Shown: positions 12,956 through 26,438, counted from the stretch's first letter. The stretch: 64,000 bases of DNA from Octopus sinensis (GCF_006345805.1 NC_043010.1:26598001-26662000); one strand, 5' to 3'. Numbers and translations are program-made. Notes: generated from the letters alone by a model not told the origin.

Positions 12956-13644
12956 CATTGGATGGCTGTGATGTTAGTGGTAGCTGTGATGTTAGTTGGG
13001 TACAGCAGTGAGTGGATGTGATGTTAGTCAGGTACAGCAGTAGTCAACGGCCATCCAATATGTAATTTTATATTTACTGTTTATCTCCCTTTTTCTCACT
13101 AATTTTTATAGTTTGCTCATTATATATATATTTTTATATATTCCATTTTGATAAATTAAGTACCAGTTGTGTATTGGAGTCAATCTAATTGACTGGCTCC
13201 CCTCTCCCCCAAAAGTCTTGGGCCTTGTGCCTAGAGTAGGAAGGAACAGGAACCTTTGCGATTGCAGATGTAAAGAACACAAATCTTATAAATTAGTGTT
13301 GAAAGTCAAAGGAAAGGATCTTTGTTTTTGATTTATTGTCCCAGGAAATTATTTTACTTTTATTTGTATCATTCATTGGACTGTGGCCATGCTGGGGCAC
13401 TGCTTTGAAGAATTTTAGTCAAATGGATCGACCCAAGGACTTATTTTCTTTTTTTAAGCTTGGTACTTATTCTGTCGCTCTCTTTTGCCCAACTGCTACA
13501 TTATGGAGACGTAAACACACCAACACAAAGACACACACACACATATATATATACATATTTTTGTATATAGATATGTGTGTGTGTGTGTATAAATATATAT
13601 ATATAAATATATATAAATATATAAATATATATAAATATATATAT

Positions 13645-13892
13645 ATTGGCACCTGTGTCGGTGGCACATAAAAAACACCATCCGAGCGTGGCCGTTTGCC
13701 AGCCTCGTCTGGCACCTGTGTCGGTGGCACATAAAATCACCCACTACACTCTCGGAGTGGTTGGCGTTAGGAAGGGCATCCAGCTGTAGAAACACTGCCA
13801 GATCTGACTGGACTGGTGCAGCTTTCGGGCTCCCCAGACCCCAGTTGAACCGTCCAACCCATGCTAGCATGGAAAGCGGACGTTAAATGATG
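13645..13892 (+). mobile_element. RTE LINE 3'-UTR fragment
   Basis: GGTTGGCGTTAGGAAGGGCATCCAGCTGTAGAAAC...GGACGTTAAATGATGAT. Confidence 0.85.
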
Positions 13893-13920
13893 ATATACAT
13901 ATACATATATATATATAAAT

Positions 13921-14937
13921 GATGATGGCTGTCCCTTTGTTATCGAGTATGGCCATTGCACGAGGCTTAACTGTTAACGGTGCTGTGATCGAATGTGACT
14001 TTTTAGCCCAGCTAAAGACCTGCAATGTCTTGTACAGAATTGGCAGCTAAAACCTTTACCAGCAATAGCCGGCTGTAGTTGTAACTGGGTTTCATGTACC
14101 TTTGCATGTCGTTTAAGTCCTTCCGCTGAATTACACTCTCTTCCATATGCCTGACAGATATGATTGTATGGTATATAGCACCACACCAGCAGCCTGGTTA
14201 ACATTCATCGGTCTCGCTTTATGACTACAAAGATGACTCTTGAGTCCAACTTTACTGAGGCAGGGTCTTGCACAAACACTGCATGTCAGCATCATAGGAA
14301 AACCCTTACTGTCTGGAAGTGCAACAGTGGTGCCCTTCCTGACATCCCTCCTTGCTTTCTCATGTGCCACTCGAGATTTCTCAAAAGTAGCTGTTCCCTT
14401 GTACACAATCCTTCTCCACCTGCTACAGTCAATAGCTATGCCTTCTCATGTGTCAGGAGAGATGCTAGCATCTCTTAAGGAAGCTTTCAGCAAATCTTTA
14501 TACTTCTTTTTTGGTTTATGTGGAGGTCGTTCTCCTTTAGCTAACTCTCCATAAAAGAGTTATTTTGACATCCTTGAATCCTTTATCTTGACCAGATGAC
14601 CACTCCATCTGAGCCTTTGCTTTAACACAAGAGCTTCTATTTTTTCACACTGAGAGCCTTCCAATATTTCAATATCACTGATGTGGTCCTCCCACTTAAT
14701 GTCATAAATCTATCTGTGACACATCTGATGGAAATGTTCCAGTTGTTTAAGGTCACTTTCGAGTGCTACTGGTAACATGTAACCCAGTATAACTTGTCAC
14801 ATGGCTAGGCCATAGGCAACTAAACCAACAACCCCACCAAGTTTGCTTGGTGAGGAGGGTGTTTATTGGACACCCTGTGGGATGAAAAACAAAACCCGTC
14901 AAAGGGCAGAAGAGCTCTTGAGAGTCAACAGCCATCC
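13921..14937 (-). mobile_element. RTE (BovB-like) LINE 3' fragment, decayed ORF with three C2H2-like fingers
   Basis: LRWSGHLV, FYGELAKGERPPHKPKKKYKD, DCSRWRRIVYKG; CSVC..SHLCSH, CQAY..RHAKVH, CQFC..SHIRSQH. Confidence 0.85.
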
Positions 14938-15056
14938 AATATATATATATATGCCCTTTCTAGCATGTAAAGTGTCCTATCAAAGGTCACCTCTTTCATG
15001 TATAAATACTTAAGTTGTTTATACACTATTATATATATGTGTGTGTATATAAATAC

Positions 15057-15088
<32 letters not shown>

Positions 15089-15101
15089 GCACACACATAT
15101 A

Positions 15102-16176
15102 CAGGGTGTGTAAGATATTTGAGGACCGATTTATGTTTATCAAAAAGAAAGATGTATGATAATAGATAATAACTTTATTTATAAAAAATGCCATGAGGAT
15201 AAAAATAAACCTTCTTTTCCACAATGTTATTCAATAAAGCCTCCTTCAGCTTCAACAACTGTTTCTATATGAGATCTAAATCATCTGCATGCTCGAATCA
15301 AGTGGTCCTGGTTCATTTTGGACATTACTCTGACTATGGCAGTTTTCAAAGAATCTTTGGTGTTATGGGTGTGTTCATTGACCTCTCAACAATGATCTAC
15401 AGGTAATAGTCCAATGGACTGAGATCTGGAGAATTAGGAGGCCAAATGTTAGGAGCAGAGTTAACTAAGTTCTTGTGGAAAGAAGTAAGGAGGCACCACA
15501 TGTCCTTCATTGCTGACAACCCCTAAAACCATGATAGTTGCAGGAAATTTTGTTTGCATAACACTTGGAACTTCAGAAGGGTCTGCACATAACCATTTGT
15601 CATTTCTTCTGTTAACTTTTTGATCTTGAGAAAAACCAAATCAAATCTTCCTCTGCTGGATTTTTCAGTTTGCTTAAGAACCTTTTAGATCTGATGTAGT
15701 GATTTTCTTTTGCTTTTTCTGACAAATTGACCTTTCCTCATCATGTAAGATTTATATCTGATGTCTTCGTGTACAACATTTCTGACTGTTCCTTCAGACA
15801 CATGGAGATCTTTTGCAATTGACGTCATGGACTTTCTGAGATTGTAGTCAATGGTCTGTTGAACTTGCTGGATAAATTCAAGTGTTCTGATGATTTCAGA
15901 GCATTTAGAATGCTTTTTATGCATTGATGTTTCCATCTTCAGTCTCTAACTCTTTACAAACTTTGTAGACAAAAGATCTGGCAACTTTTAAGAATCAAGA
16001 TATTTCTAAATCACTATGCTCAGCCTTTATAACTACAGTAATAGCATGCCTCTTTATTTCTTGAGTAAGCTGAGGGTCTACAATTATTATTTTCTGAAAT
16101 AAAGATTATACAGAGTTAGCAAAAAATGCAGCAATGACACCAAAAAGGTATGTTCTCAAATATCTTACGCACCCTG
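15102..16176 (-). mobile_element. Tc1/mariner DD37D (maT)-like transposon, internally deleted and decayed, copy 1
   Basis: TA-flanked TIRs CAGGGTG[T/C]GTAAGATATTTGAG; RKSMTSIAKDLHVSEGTVRNVVHEDIRYKSY and IWPPNSPDLSPLDYYL motifs. Confidence 0.85.
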
Positions 16177-16341
16177 TATACACACATATATATATATATA
16201 TCTATATATATATATATATATTATATATATATATATATATATCTATATATATATATATTATATATATTATATATATTATATATATTATATATATATATAT
16301 AATATATATATATATACACACACCACACGCACACACATATA

Positions 16342-17415
16342 CAGGGTGTGTAAGATATTTGAGGACCGATTTATGTTTATCAAAAGAAAGATGTATGATA
16401 ATAGATAATAACTTTATTTATAAAAAATGCCATGAGGATAAAAATAAACCTTCTTTTCCACAATGTTATTCAATAAAGCCTCCTTCAGCTTCAACAACTG
16501 TTTCTATATGAGATCTAAATCATCTGCATGCTCGAATCAAGTGGTCCTGGTTCATTTTGGACATTACTCTGACTATGGCAGTTTTCAAAGAATCTTTGGT
16601 GTTATGGGTGTGTTCATTGACCTCTCAACAATGATCTACAGGTAATAGTCCAATGGACTGAGATCTGGAGAATTAGGAGGCCAAATGTTAGGAGCAGAGT
16701 TAACTAAGTTCTTGTGGAAAGAAGTAAGGAGGCACCACATGTCCTTCATTGCTGACAACCCCTAAAACCATGATAGTTGCAGGAAATTTTGTTTGCATAA
16801 CACTTGGAACTTCAGAAGGGTCTGCACATAACCATTTGTCATTTCTTCTGTTAACTTTTTGATCTTGAGAAAAACCAAATCAAATCTTCCTCTGCTGGAT
16901 TTTTCAGTTTGCTTAAGAACCTTTTAGATCTGATGTAGTGATTTTCTTTTGCTTTTTCTGACAAATTGACCTTTCCTCATCATGTAAGATTTATATCTGA
17001 TGTCTTCGTGTACAACATTTCTGACTGTTCCTTCAGACACATGGAGATCTTTTGCAATTGACGTCATGGACTTTCTGAGATTGTAGTCAATGGTCTGTTG
17101 AACTTGCTGGATAAATTCAAGTGTTCTGATGATTTCAGAGCATTTAGAATGCTTTTTATGCATTGATGTTTCCATCTTCAGTCTCTAACTCTTTACAAAC
17201 TTTGTAGACAAAAGATCTGGCAACTTTTAAGAATCAAGATATTTCTAAATCACTATGCTCAGCCTTTATAACTACAGTAATAGCATGCCTCTTTATTTCT
17301 TGAGTAAGCTGAGGGTCTACAATTATTATTTTCTGAAATAAAGATTATACAGAGTTAGCAAAAAATGCAGCAATGACACCAAAAAGGTATGTTCTCAAAT
17401 ATCTTACGCACCCTG
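16342..17415 (-). mobile_element. DD37D (maT)-like transposon, copy 2 (near-identical tandem copy, possibly an assembly artefact)
   Basis: Track ORFs identical to copy 1 at offset 1239; only a homopolymer indel (A5 vs A4) noticed. Confidence 0.8.
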
Positions 17416-17418
17416 TAT

Positions 17419-17461
<43 letters not shown>

Positions 17462-17558
17462 CTTTCTAGCATGTAAAGTGTCCTATCAAAGGTCACCTCT
17501 TTCATGTATAAATACTTAAGTTGTTTATACACTATTATATATATGTGTGTGTATATAA

Positions 17559-17767
<209 letters not shown>

Positions 17768-17799
17768 TATATATATACTCACTCATATATCATCATCAT

Positions 17800-18135
17800 C
17801 ATCATTGTCATCATTGTTTAACATCCGTTTTCCATGCTGCATGGGTTGGATGATTTGACTGGGGATTGGCAAGCCAGGGGGCTGCACCATGCTCCAATCT
17901 GATCTGGCAATGTTTCTACAGTTGATGCCCTTCCTAACGCCAACCACTCTGAGAGTGAAGTGGGTGCTTTTTACATGCCACTGGCACAGGAGCCAGTCAG
18001 CCAGCACAAGCATCGGCCACATTCGGATAGTGCTTTTTACGTGCCACTGGCATGGCGAGCTAGTTAGGTGGCACTGGCAGTGACCCACGCATGAATGATG
18101 CTTTTTGTGTGCCATGGGAGCCAGTGCTAGTGAGG
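17800..18135 (-). mobile_element. RTE LINE 3'-UTR fragment
   Basis: (CAT)n tail then GTTTAACATCC...GATGCCCTTCCTAACGCCAACC on the + strand. Confidence 0.8.
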
Positions 18136-18619
18136 TTCCCAAGTAATTTAGATGACAAAGAAAAAGAAAGAAAATCCTCAGTTGCATGGAGATGTGTTTG
18201 AGAGTGGGGAGATGGCTTTACACCAAACGCTGAGAGCTTAAATTACGGTAGAGGAATGAGCACAGGTTTCTTGCTGTAGAAGAGATATAAAGATAGCAGT
18301 GACAAAGTGCCTTAGTGTACTCTCAAGGTACAAGAAGGTGAGTATAAGAGAGAATACGGACAGAAGATCAGGGTGGCTAAATTCCTAAAGGGGTACAGGA
18401 TGGGTAGAGATGAGGGCAGAAGTGAATGAAAGGCACATTATATATAGTTGTGTAAAGATCCATGAGTCAGAAAAAAAAACAATCATTGATATATTGGTTA
18501 ATAGAGCTGGTGTGTTATTATTAAAACACAATTTGATATTCTTATAACAGTCACTTCACCAATTGGTTTCATACACACATATATGTGCATGCACACACAT
18601 ACACATGCACATAATATAT

Positions 18620-19460
18620 GGACATTCTCACTCGTAAGCCTCACCAAGAGCCCACTCTCCGTTGTAACTATTGAAACCCTAAAGCTTGCCCACTAGATCA
18701 GGCATGTTTGATAGACTCAGTGTTTTATGAGGTCAAAGTCACAGCAGTACTTCTAGAAAATATAATAGAAAATATAATGGAAGAGAAAAATTATGTCAGT
18801 TCATGCAAAATCAACTTTAAAAGACATTATGCAAACTATCAGTCTTCTTTCTGACACATTAGTAAAAATAAAACCACTAAGCTTGCTAGCCATGTATGGG
18901 GTCTAAAAACAAACTGAACACACGTACAGTCAAGAGGAGTATCGTGGAGAAGTATATGCCATATGTGAATGGATCAAAGAGATGCAACTTATGTGTAGCT
19001 GAAAGAGCACACATTTTTAAATCTGAGAGTTCCACCACACTACTTTATTCCAGATGTGAAATTTTCAGGAAATGCAAGCACACAGGCAAATTTCTTTTGT
19101 CTTTGGAGAACACTACCCTCTCCAGATTGAGCCACTGTCTTGTATGCTTTTAAACTCCTTACCATTGAATTATTCTACTCCAGCTAGATGAATTATAGTT
19201 TCTACAGTCAAAGAGGGCATAACTCACAATTTTTCTTTCTTTCCTTTCTTTTTCTATTTTTATTTACCTTTTGTTTTCTTATTCCACTTTCTGCATCAAC
19301 CTTCTTGTTTTTTCTCATGGTTTCTCATCTACCAGCCTCTTGGTTTTCAAATAAAACAAACCATGTGCCCTGAGCTTGAAGATTGCTTGGAGACACAAGG
19401 CACATTATAAAACCTGCCTAATCACAGTGTCTCTATAGCAAGAAACTATTAGTAACTCTT
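18620..19460 (+). mobile_element. Penelope-like element 3' fragment (GIY-YIG endonuclease remnant plus hammerhead-containing pLTR), Hydra-clade-like
   Basis: CN[Y]*NPKACPLD (decayed CxCx5C), SVFYEVKV...NYVSS..NFKRHYANY, GSKRCNLC...RCEIFRKCKH; hammerhead at 19372-19458. Confidence 0.8.
19372..19458 (+). ncRNA. Type-I hammerhead ribozyme motif, decayed (C3U)
   Basis: gagc-TTGAAGA-ttgc..gagacac/gtgtctc..gcaa-GAAA-CTATTAGT-A-actc. Confidence 0.7.
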
Positions 19461-19494
19461 GAAAAGTCTTAGTTGAACAGTTCAATCTCAGAAC

Positions 19495-19958
19495 TTACCT
19501 TTTTTTAAGCTTAGTACTTTTTTATTGGTCACTTTTGCCGAATTTCTAAGCTACAGGGACACAAACACACCAACACTGGTTGTTAAGCAGAGATGGGAGG
19601 ACAAACACAAACCTAAAGACACAACACACAGAAATATACATACATACATACATACATACATACATACATACATACATACATACATACATACAATCATACA
19701 TACATACATACATACATACACACACACATACATGCACGCACACACACACACATACACACACAGGCACACACAGACACAAACACACACACACACACACACA
19801 CATACACACACACACACACATGGCAGTCTTCTTTCAGTTTCTGGCTACCGAATCCATTCACAAGACTTTGGTCAGCCTGAGGCTATAGCAGAAGACACTT
19901 GCCCAAGACTGAACCCAGAACCATGTGGTTGGGAAGCAAGCTTCTTACCACAGAGCCA
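19495..19958 (-). mobile_element. Group A SINE with expanded internal microsatellite
   Basis: Both halves present around a (CATA)n/(CA)n tract. Confidence 0.8.
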
Positions 19959-20237
19959 CATGACATTGAATTAGCCATCATTAGGGCTTTGTTAAGAATG
20001 CTTTGTGGTGTTATTTCTGACTCTGCATATTGAGTTTGGGTTGATAAATTAAGTATGAGCCCAGGGTAATGATCTGGAATTTTAGAGTATCTAGCATGAT
20101 TCCTTGCAGGAATTTACCAAAATAAAAAAATGTTTGGTTCATTAAGTAAATATGAATGAGTGTGAATATTAACATATTTTGAAGAATATAATGCTGAAAT
20201 GTGTTACTCAGGTTCACCATCTCTATGAAAAGTTAGT

Positions 20238-20456
20238 AGTCAAGTTAGCTTTCAGATTATTCTATCAAATGTGATGCTTATTTATTTCCAATTGTTTTGA
20301 ATGAATCATATATGTATCTTTGGAATATCAATTCTGAGACTTTATTTTTAGAACGACGTTGTAGGGTTGGTGTGATAAGCCAGATCTGGCCAGTTTCAAC
20401 ATAATACAGCTAGAATATTTGGGTTGAATGTGAGTGGTTTAAATGCTAAAAGGTTA
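20238..20456. mobile_element. Decayed TTAA-type (piggyBac-like) MITE
   Basis: Right end GGTTTAAATGCTAAAAGG-TTAA; left end only partly recognisable. Confidence 0.4.
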
Positions 20457-21265
20457 ATACGTAGTGTGTATTGTTTGGTATATTATGAGAGTTCTTAGGT
20501 CCGGTGCAAAATGTCTGACATAGTTGTCTGGAACATTTATGTAAAACTGAAAAATATAACAACTTACCCAGATTAAATGCTTAAATTTGTACCTGTAATT
20601 AATGGCACACTTGGCTATGTTTCTAAGTATTAAAGTAATTTTTGTTCTATCTGGGGATAACTGTCTCAATGCTTTATCATCTAACACACTCACCGGTTCA
20701 ATTTCCACTTGTTAATTATTTATATATTTTTTCTTCAATATGAAGAATCATGCAAATCAGATACGAAAACGAAGTATTTAAGTAATAATCTTTGAAAATT
20801 CTTTGTTAGATTATGAGAATTTCTAGCCAGGATACAAAAGCTGTTGAAATTCCATAGTGGATTCTAGAGCTTTTGTTTTCTAACTGTGGTCATTGCTCTC
20901 AGAAGTTTTGAGAAAAGATTCATACAACAGGGTGACTGATATCTTCAACTATGTAAGATTGTACGCTTTTATCCTGGAAGCTCTTATCAGACCTGTTGTT
21001 TCCTCTATGTGTATATATGTATGTGCATATCTATATGCATGAGTGTATGTATATATGTATGTAGCTTTCTAGCTATCAAGCTATATATATGGATGGATGG
21101 ATGGATGTATGTATGCATGCATATATGTATGTATTTCTGAATGGATGTATGTATGCAAGCATGTATGTAGGTATGTACATGTTTGCATGTATATATATAT
21201 ACATCTATATTTATTTTTTTATTTATATTAGGGGCATTTATATGTATTAATATCCTTAATATAAA

Positions 21266-21355
21266 AAAATATATTTAAAGGGAATAATTATAATTTTTTC
21301 CTTTTTGAGGTTTTTCATGCTGACTACTTGATAAATTCTTATAAAGATTTTATCC
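21266..21355. repeat. Solitary arm of the GGATAAAATCTTTATAAG foldback family
   Basis: Matches the arms of 56638-57074. Confidence 0.7.
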
Positions 21356-21394
21356 ATGTATATTTATATATATATATGTATATATCACATGTCA

Positions 21395-21612
21395 CATGAT
21401 CACACGACCGACCAGGCTATCAGATGTTGTTGCACATCACTAGTCACAATGTGATTTTGCATTGTTTTAGCCTTCAAATGACGCCACCCCACTGGCCAGG
21501 TGAGCAGGCCTAATACCCCACTTGATTGAAGGGGGACTGGAGCAATTCCAGTCTGGGAATCGAACCTGCAATTTAACAGTTGTGAGTACAACAGCCTAAC
21601 CACTAGGCCATG
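21395..21612 (-). mobile_element. tRNA-derived SINE fragment (group D-related)
   Basis: Reverse complement TGGCCTAGTGGTTAGG...GGTTCGATTCCCAGAC. Confidence 0.6.
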
Positions 21613-21724
21613 CATATAATATATATGTGTGTGTGTGTGTGTGTGTACATACATATATATATATATATGTATATGTATGTATGCATATATGCATATATGT
21701 GTGTGTATACATATATATATTTAC

Positions 21725-21755
<31 letters not shown>

Positions 21756-21760
21756 TAAAC

Positions 21761-22150
21761 AGGCACAGGAGTAGCTGTGTGGTAAGAAACTTGCTTACCA
21801 GGGGTTCAGTCCCACTGTGTGGCACCTTGGGCAAGTGTCTTCTACTATAGCCTTGGGCCGACCAAAGCCTTTTCAGAGAATTTGGTCGACAGAAACTGAA
21901 AGAAGCCCATCATGTGTATATATAAGTGTGTGTGTTTGTGTGTCTGTATTTGTCCCCACCCCTCCCAACATCGCTTGACTACCGATGCTGGTGTGTTTAC
22001 ATCCCTGTAACTTAGCGGTTCGGCAAAAGAAACTGATAGAATAAGTACTCGGCTTACAACGAATAAGTCCTGGGATCGATTTCCTTGACTAAAGGCGGTG
22101 CTCCAGCATGGCCGCTGTCAAATGACTGAAATAAGTAAAAGAATAAAAGA
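21761..22150 (+). mobile_element. Group A SINE, near full length
   Basis: Colinear with other copies. Confidence 0.9.
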
Positions 22151-22165
22151 GTATATACATTATAC

Positions 22166-22205
<40 letters not shown>

Positions 22206-22764
22206 TGTATGTACACACACATTCATATACATACAGGAAAATTGGTAAAAAGTGCAGTGCAAAAGTCTGCTGTGTTTCATTAAATTCTTTCCTTTCAACT
22301 TTTCCCTGAAGACAAACTCTGTCTGTGGTGTTGGTTGCTCCGCTCCTCACGGCAAGTTCACTGATTTCTTTTCATTGATTTTACTACAGAATATAAGTCT
22401 TGCTGATGTAGAGCCCCCCCCCCCCCAGTTTCTTTCGATTCTGTTTTGATCATGTATATATATAAAATATAGCCACTAATCTATACCAGTAGTAGTATAA
22501 AAGAAATAAAAGTAGTCGAAAATGCACTGAGAGTGTATAAGAAGATTTATTTATACTAATATCAACACACTTAACTGGTTTCACGTTTGTGGGACTTGAA
22601 CAGCCTGAGATTTGAAGGACATGGAGACAGGTTGTAAACTGTGTTGTTTCTGGCATTCTTAAAAAGTCCATTCATTTTATAGAAACAATGTGGATTAAAT
22701 TGCTGATTGATTGGAGGAGAATGGTGAGGTCAAAGAATTCAGGTTCATTTCTCAGCTGTATCTT

Positions 22765-23180
22765 CATCATCATCATCATCATCATCATCATTGTTTAACA
22801 TTTGCTTTCCATGTTGGCATGGGTTAGAGAGTTTAACAGGAGCTGGCCAGGCAGAAGACTACACTAGACTTCTGTGCCTGTTCTGGCAGGATTTTTAACA
22901 ACTGGATGCCCTTCCCACAGAGAGGACTGAGTGCTTTTTACATGGCACCAGCCCAGGCAAGATCAGTTTTGGCATAGTTTTTACAGCTTCCAAATGCCAA
23001 CCACCCCACAGAGAGGACAGTGTTTTTTACATGACACCAGCCAAAGCAAGGTTTTTACAGCTGGGTACCCTTCCAAATACCAACCACTCCACAGAGAGGA
23101 CTGTTTTTTACATGGCACCAACCAAGGCAATGTTTTTACAACTGGATGCCCGTCCAAATGCCAACCACTTTACAATATGA
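22765..23180 (-). mobile_element. RTE 3'-UTR fragment with four ~75-bp internal tandem units
   Basis: TTTT(T)ACA[A/G]CTGG..CCCTTCC...CCAACCAC recurs four times. Confidence 0.7.
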
Positions 23181-23747
23181 GCCATGGGTGAAAACCAAGT
23201 CAACGGTTTAGTCTAGTAGATGTGTCATATGACAGTCAGCACAGTAGCTATGTATGGTGAAAATCATGCTTCAATTTTGCGTTTTGACTTCATTGTTTGT
23301 GTCAAGTAGCTGTATGAGTAACTCTTACCTTAATAAGCCAAGGTGTGGTGACTCTTTAGCGTCATATATGCATCTTAGTGAAAGTGCATGACCAAATAGT
23401 TAGGGTGGTGATCCAACAATGACAAGATTATTGATTTTGATTCCCAGACCGACTATGCTTCCATTTAGGGGGAATCTTTACTTGTCCACCTAATTGGCAA
23501 TGTGGCATCATTTGAAAGGTACGATATTGCAAGGAAACACATTGTGACCAGTGATGTATAACCACTTCTTAAAATCTAGCCAATAAAGTGATACAGGGGT
23601 ATAGGACTTCAGTGAATTAATCATCCTTTCTTACAATCTTGCAAAAGCGAACGGTTCTTATAAGAAAGCTGTTGCTTTAGAGGTCCTCTGTCAGTTATGA
23701 TGATGAGTTGATCCAATCAACAGAACAGCCTGCTGGTGAAATTAACA

Positions 23748-23910
23748 TAGGCAGAGGAGTGGCTGTGTGGTAAGAAGCTTGCTTCCAAACCACATGGTTC
23801 TGGGTTCAGTCCCACTCTGTGGCACCTTGGCCATCTGTCTTCTAATACAGCTTTGGGCCAACCAAAGCCTTGTGAGTGGATTTGGCAGACAGAAACTAGA
23901 AGAAGCCTGT

Positions 23911-23984
<74 letters not shown>

Positions 23985-24230
23985 TACATACATACATACA
24001 TACATATATTTGTGTGTATATGTGTGCATGTCTGTGTTTGTCCCCCTGCTATTGCTTGACAACCAATGCTGGTGTGTTTATGTCCTCATAACATAGTTGT
24101 TTGACAAAAGAGACTGATAGAATATGTATTAGACTTACAAAGAATAAGTCTTGTGGTCGATTTCTTCAACTAATACCCTTTAAGGTGATGCTCCAGCATG
24201 GCCACAGTCAAATGACTGAGACAAGTAAAA
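23748..24230 (+). mobile_element. Group A SINE, full length
   Basis: Head, internal microsatellite and tail colinear. Confidence 0.9.
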
Positions 24231-24671
24231 AAAAAATGAAAAATGCAAGTGGCATGCATCTCCTTAACGTTGTTCTTTGGAAGATTCAGTGTGACACAGA
24301 ATGTAATAAAGCTAACTTTTTGAAATACAGTTGAGTGAACTGAGGCAATATGTAATAAAATGTCTTGCTCAAGGATTTAACACACTGCTAGAAGTTGAAC
24401 TTATGATAGTGAGCCAAATACTCTAACCACTAAACTACACGTTTTTACTAAACCTTGTTCACCTTGCCTGAAAAAGAGCGGAAGGGGTTATTAGGGAGTG
24501 AAATATGTCTTGTTCTTTAACAAAAAGCAAGGGCCTGTCATTCAAATATAAATCTCAACAACTGTACAGAGATAGAGCAAATGATTGTAATAGGGTGCAG
24601 GGGTCATGAGCATCCCTGCAACAATTTTACGAGTTTTTTTATAGACAAGGTTTAGGAGGCACAAATACATC

Positions 24672-25088
24672 TGAACATGATCGATGCCAGTAGCTCCGCC
24701 TGACTGGCTCCAGTGCCAGTGGCACATAAAAAGCATCATTCGAATATGTTTGATGAAAGTTCCACATGACTGGCTCCTGTGCCAGTGGCACGTAAAAAGC
24801 ACCATTCAAGTGTGGTCGATGCCAGTGCTGCCAGACTGGCTCCCATGCCGGTGGCACATAAAAAGCACCGTTTGAGTGTGGTCAATGCCAGTGCTACCTG
24901 ACTGGCTCCCAGGCTGGTGGCACGTAAAAAGCACCCATTACACTCTCAGAGTGGTTGGTGTTAAGAAGGGCACCCAGCTGTAGAAACCTTGCCAGAATAG
25001 ATTGGAGCCTGGTGTGGCCTCTTGGCTTGCCAGTCCTCAGTCAAACTGTCCAACCTATGCCAGCAGAGAAATCAGACATTAAACGATA
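24672..25088 (+). mobile_element. RTE 3'-UTR fragment with ~60-bp tandem units
   Basis: GCCAGT...GACTGGCTCC.GTGCC.GTGGCAC.TAAAAAGCAC repeated four times, then the GGGCACCCAGCTGTAGAAAC tail. Confidence 0.8.
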
Positions 25089-25556
25089 GTTGTGGTGGTG
25101 GTGGGGATGATGAGGAGGAGGGGATTTGCAAAAAATTTGGGACCTGGATTTGCACTTCACTAAGCAAATTTTGTTCCTGTATGTAAGAAGTTATGTACTG
25201 AATTAAAGAAAAATATTTTTGTAGCTGCCATCCTTTGTAATGATTAAATTTGCAGAATGTGTGTTAGGTAGTTGTTTTTAGTTTGTTTTTAGTTTAATCT
25301 AAAACCACCTAACTTTCCTAGAATATTACTCAAACATTTTGAAACATAACCCAATGTACTCCTAGGTATACATAGAATTTTAAACATATGATCTTGTGAA
25401 GGTAAACTGTTATGTTTTGAAGTAGTCTTCTGTAAATATTCCAGACAACTGTGAGAGGCATATTGTTTAGATTTAATGTAGGTTTCAGAGAATAGCTCCA
25501 ATAGTCTGTAGATATGAGGTGAACTCAATGTACTCAATATCTGGTGTAGTATTTCC

Positions 25557-25597
<41 letters not shown>

Positions 25598-25685
25598 ATA
25601 TATATATATATATATGTATGTATATATGTATATTTAGGATTGTCTTGAAACAAATACATCCATACATACACACACACACACACAC

Positions 25686-25731
<46 letters not shown>

Positions 25732-25852
25732 CATACATACATGTATATATACACACACACATTTGTATTTATATATATATATTTACATATATATATATAT
25801 ATGTGTATATATATGTATATACATATATATATATATATATATACATATATAT

Positions 25853-26438
25853 AATGATAAATCTCAGAGCGAGTTATAAACAGTAGTGGTAACACATCGT
25901 GACGCATATTTGCCATTTGAATATGGCTAACCCCTAAGGGTGGATGCTACTGTAGTTTGTAGCCCCAGGAAGATATCTCCTCCAGCTGGCTATAGACACA
26001 CTATCTGTGTCCTCTCAGTATTTGTGAAGGGGAGTCATCCTCCCCGTCTTCAACTCATGATACACACGGACCCGTGTTTCAAGGTGTTTACCTTTCATCA
26101 GCGTGTGACAATCATGGTTGTCGACGTGAAGTCAGATCCCTTCACAAATACATATACTTTTTCCAGTGTTGATTGACACTGATATTGAAAAAGTGAAATC
26201 AAACAATGATAAATCTCAGAGCAAGTTATAAACAGTAGCGGTAACACATCGTGACGCATATTTGCCATTTGTATCATGAGTTGAAGACGGGGAGGATGAC
26301 TCCCCTTCACAAATACTGAGAGGACACAGATAGTGTGTCTATAGCCAGCTGGAGGAGATATCTTCCTGGGGCTACAAACTACAGTAGCATCCACCCTTAG
26401 GGGTTAGCCATATTCAAATGGCAAATATGCGTCACGAT
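25853..26438. mobile_element. Foldback element with 169-bp inverted arms and an internal ~67-bp direct copy of its left end
   Basis: 25896-26064 is the reverse complement of 26270-26438 (no mismatch seen); 25853-25919 recurs at 26205-26271 with 2 substitutions. Confidence 0.85.

Noticed and set aside
18660-18690. In-frame TGA (18672-18674) in the Penelope Cys motif as selenocysteine, as reported for Naiad elements
   Set aside because: The TGA aligns with the Arg after CxC (likely CGA to TGA decay), the neighbouring Cys is mutated to Tyr, and other lesions are present
20454-20708. 84-aa ORF with a strong internal donor site
   Set aside because: No recognisable homology; overlaps a MITE end and a repeat-like ACACTCACCGG segment
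22585-22625. CTGTTCA...GAAACCAGTT as a hammerhead
   Set aside because: The core and stems are too degenerate to support from a single copy
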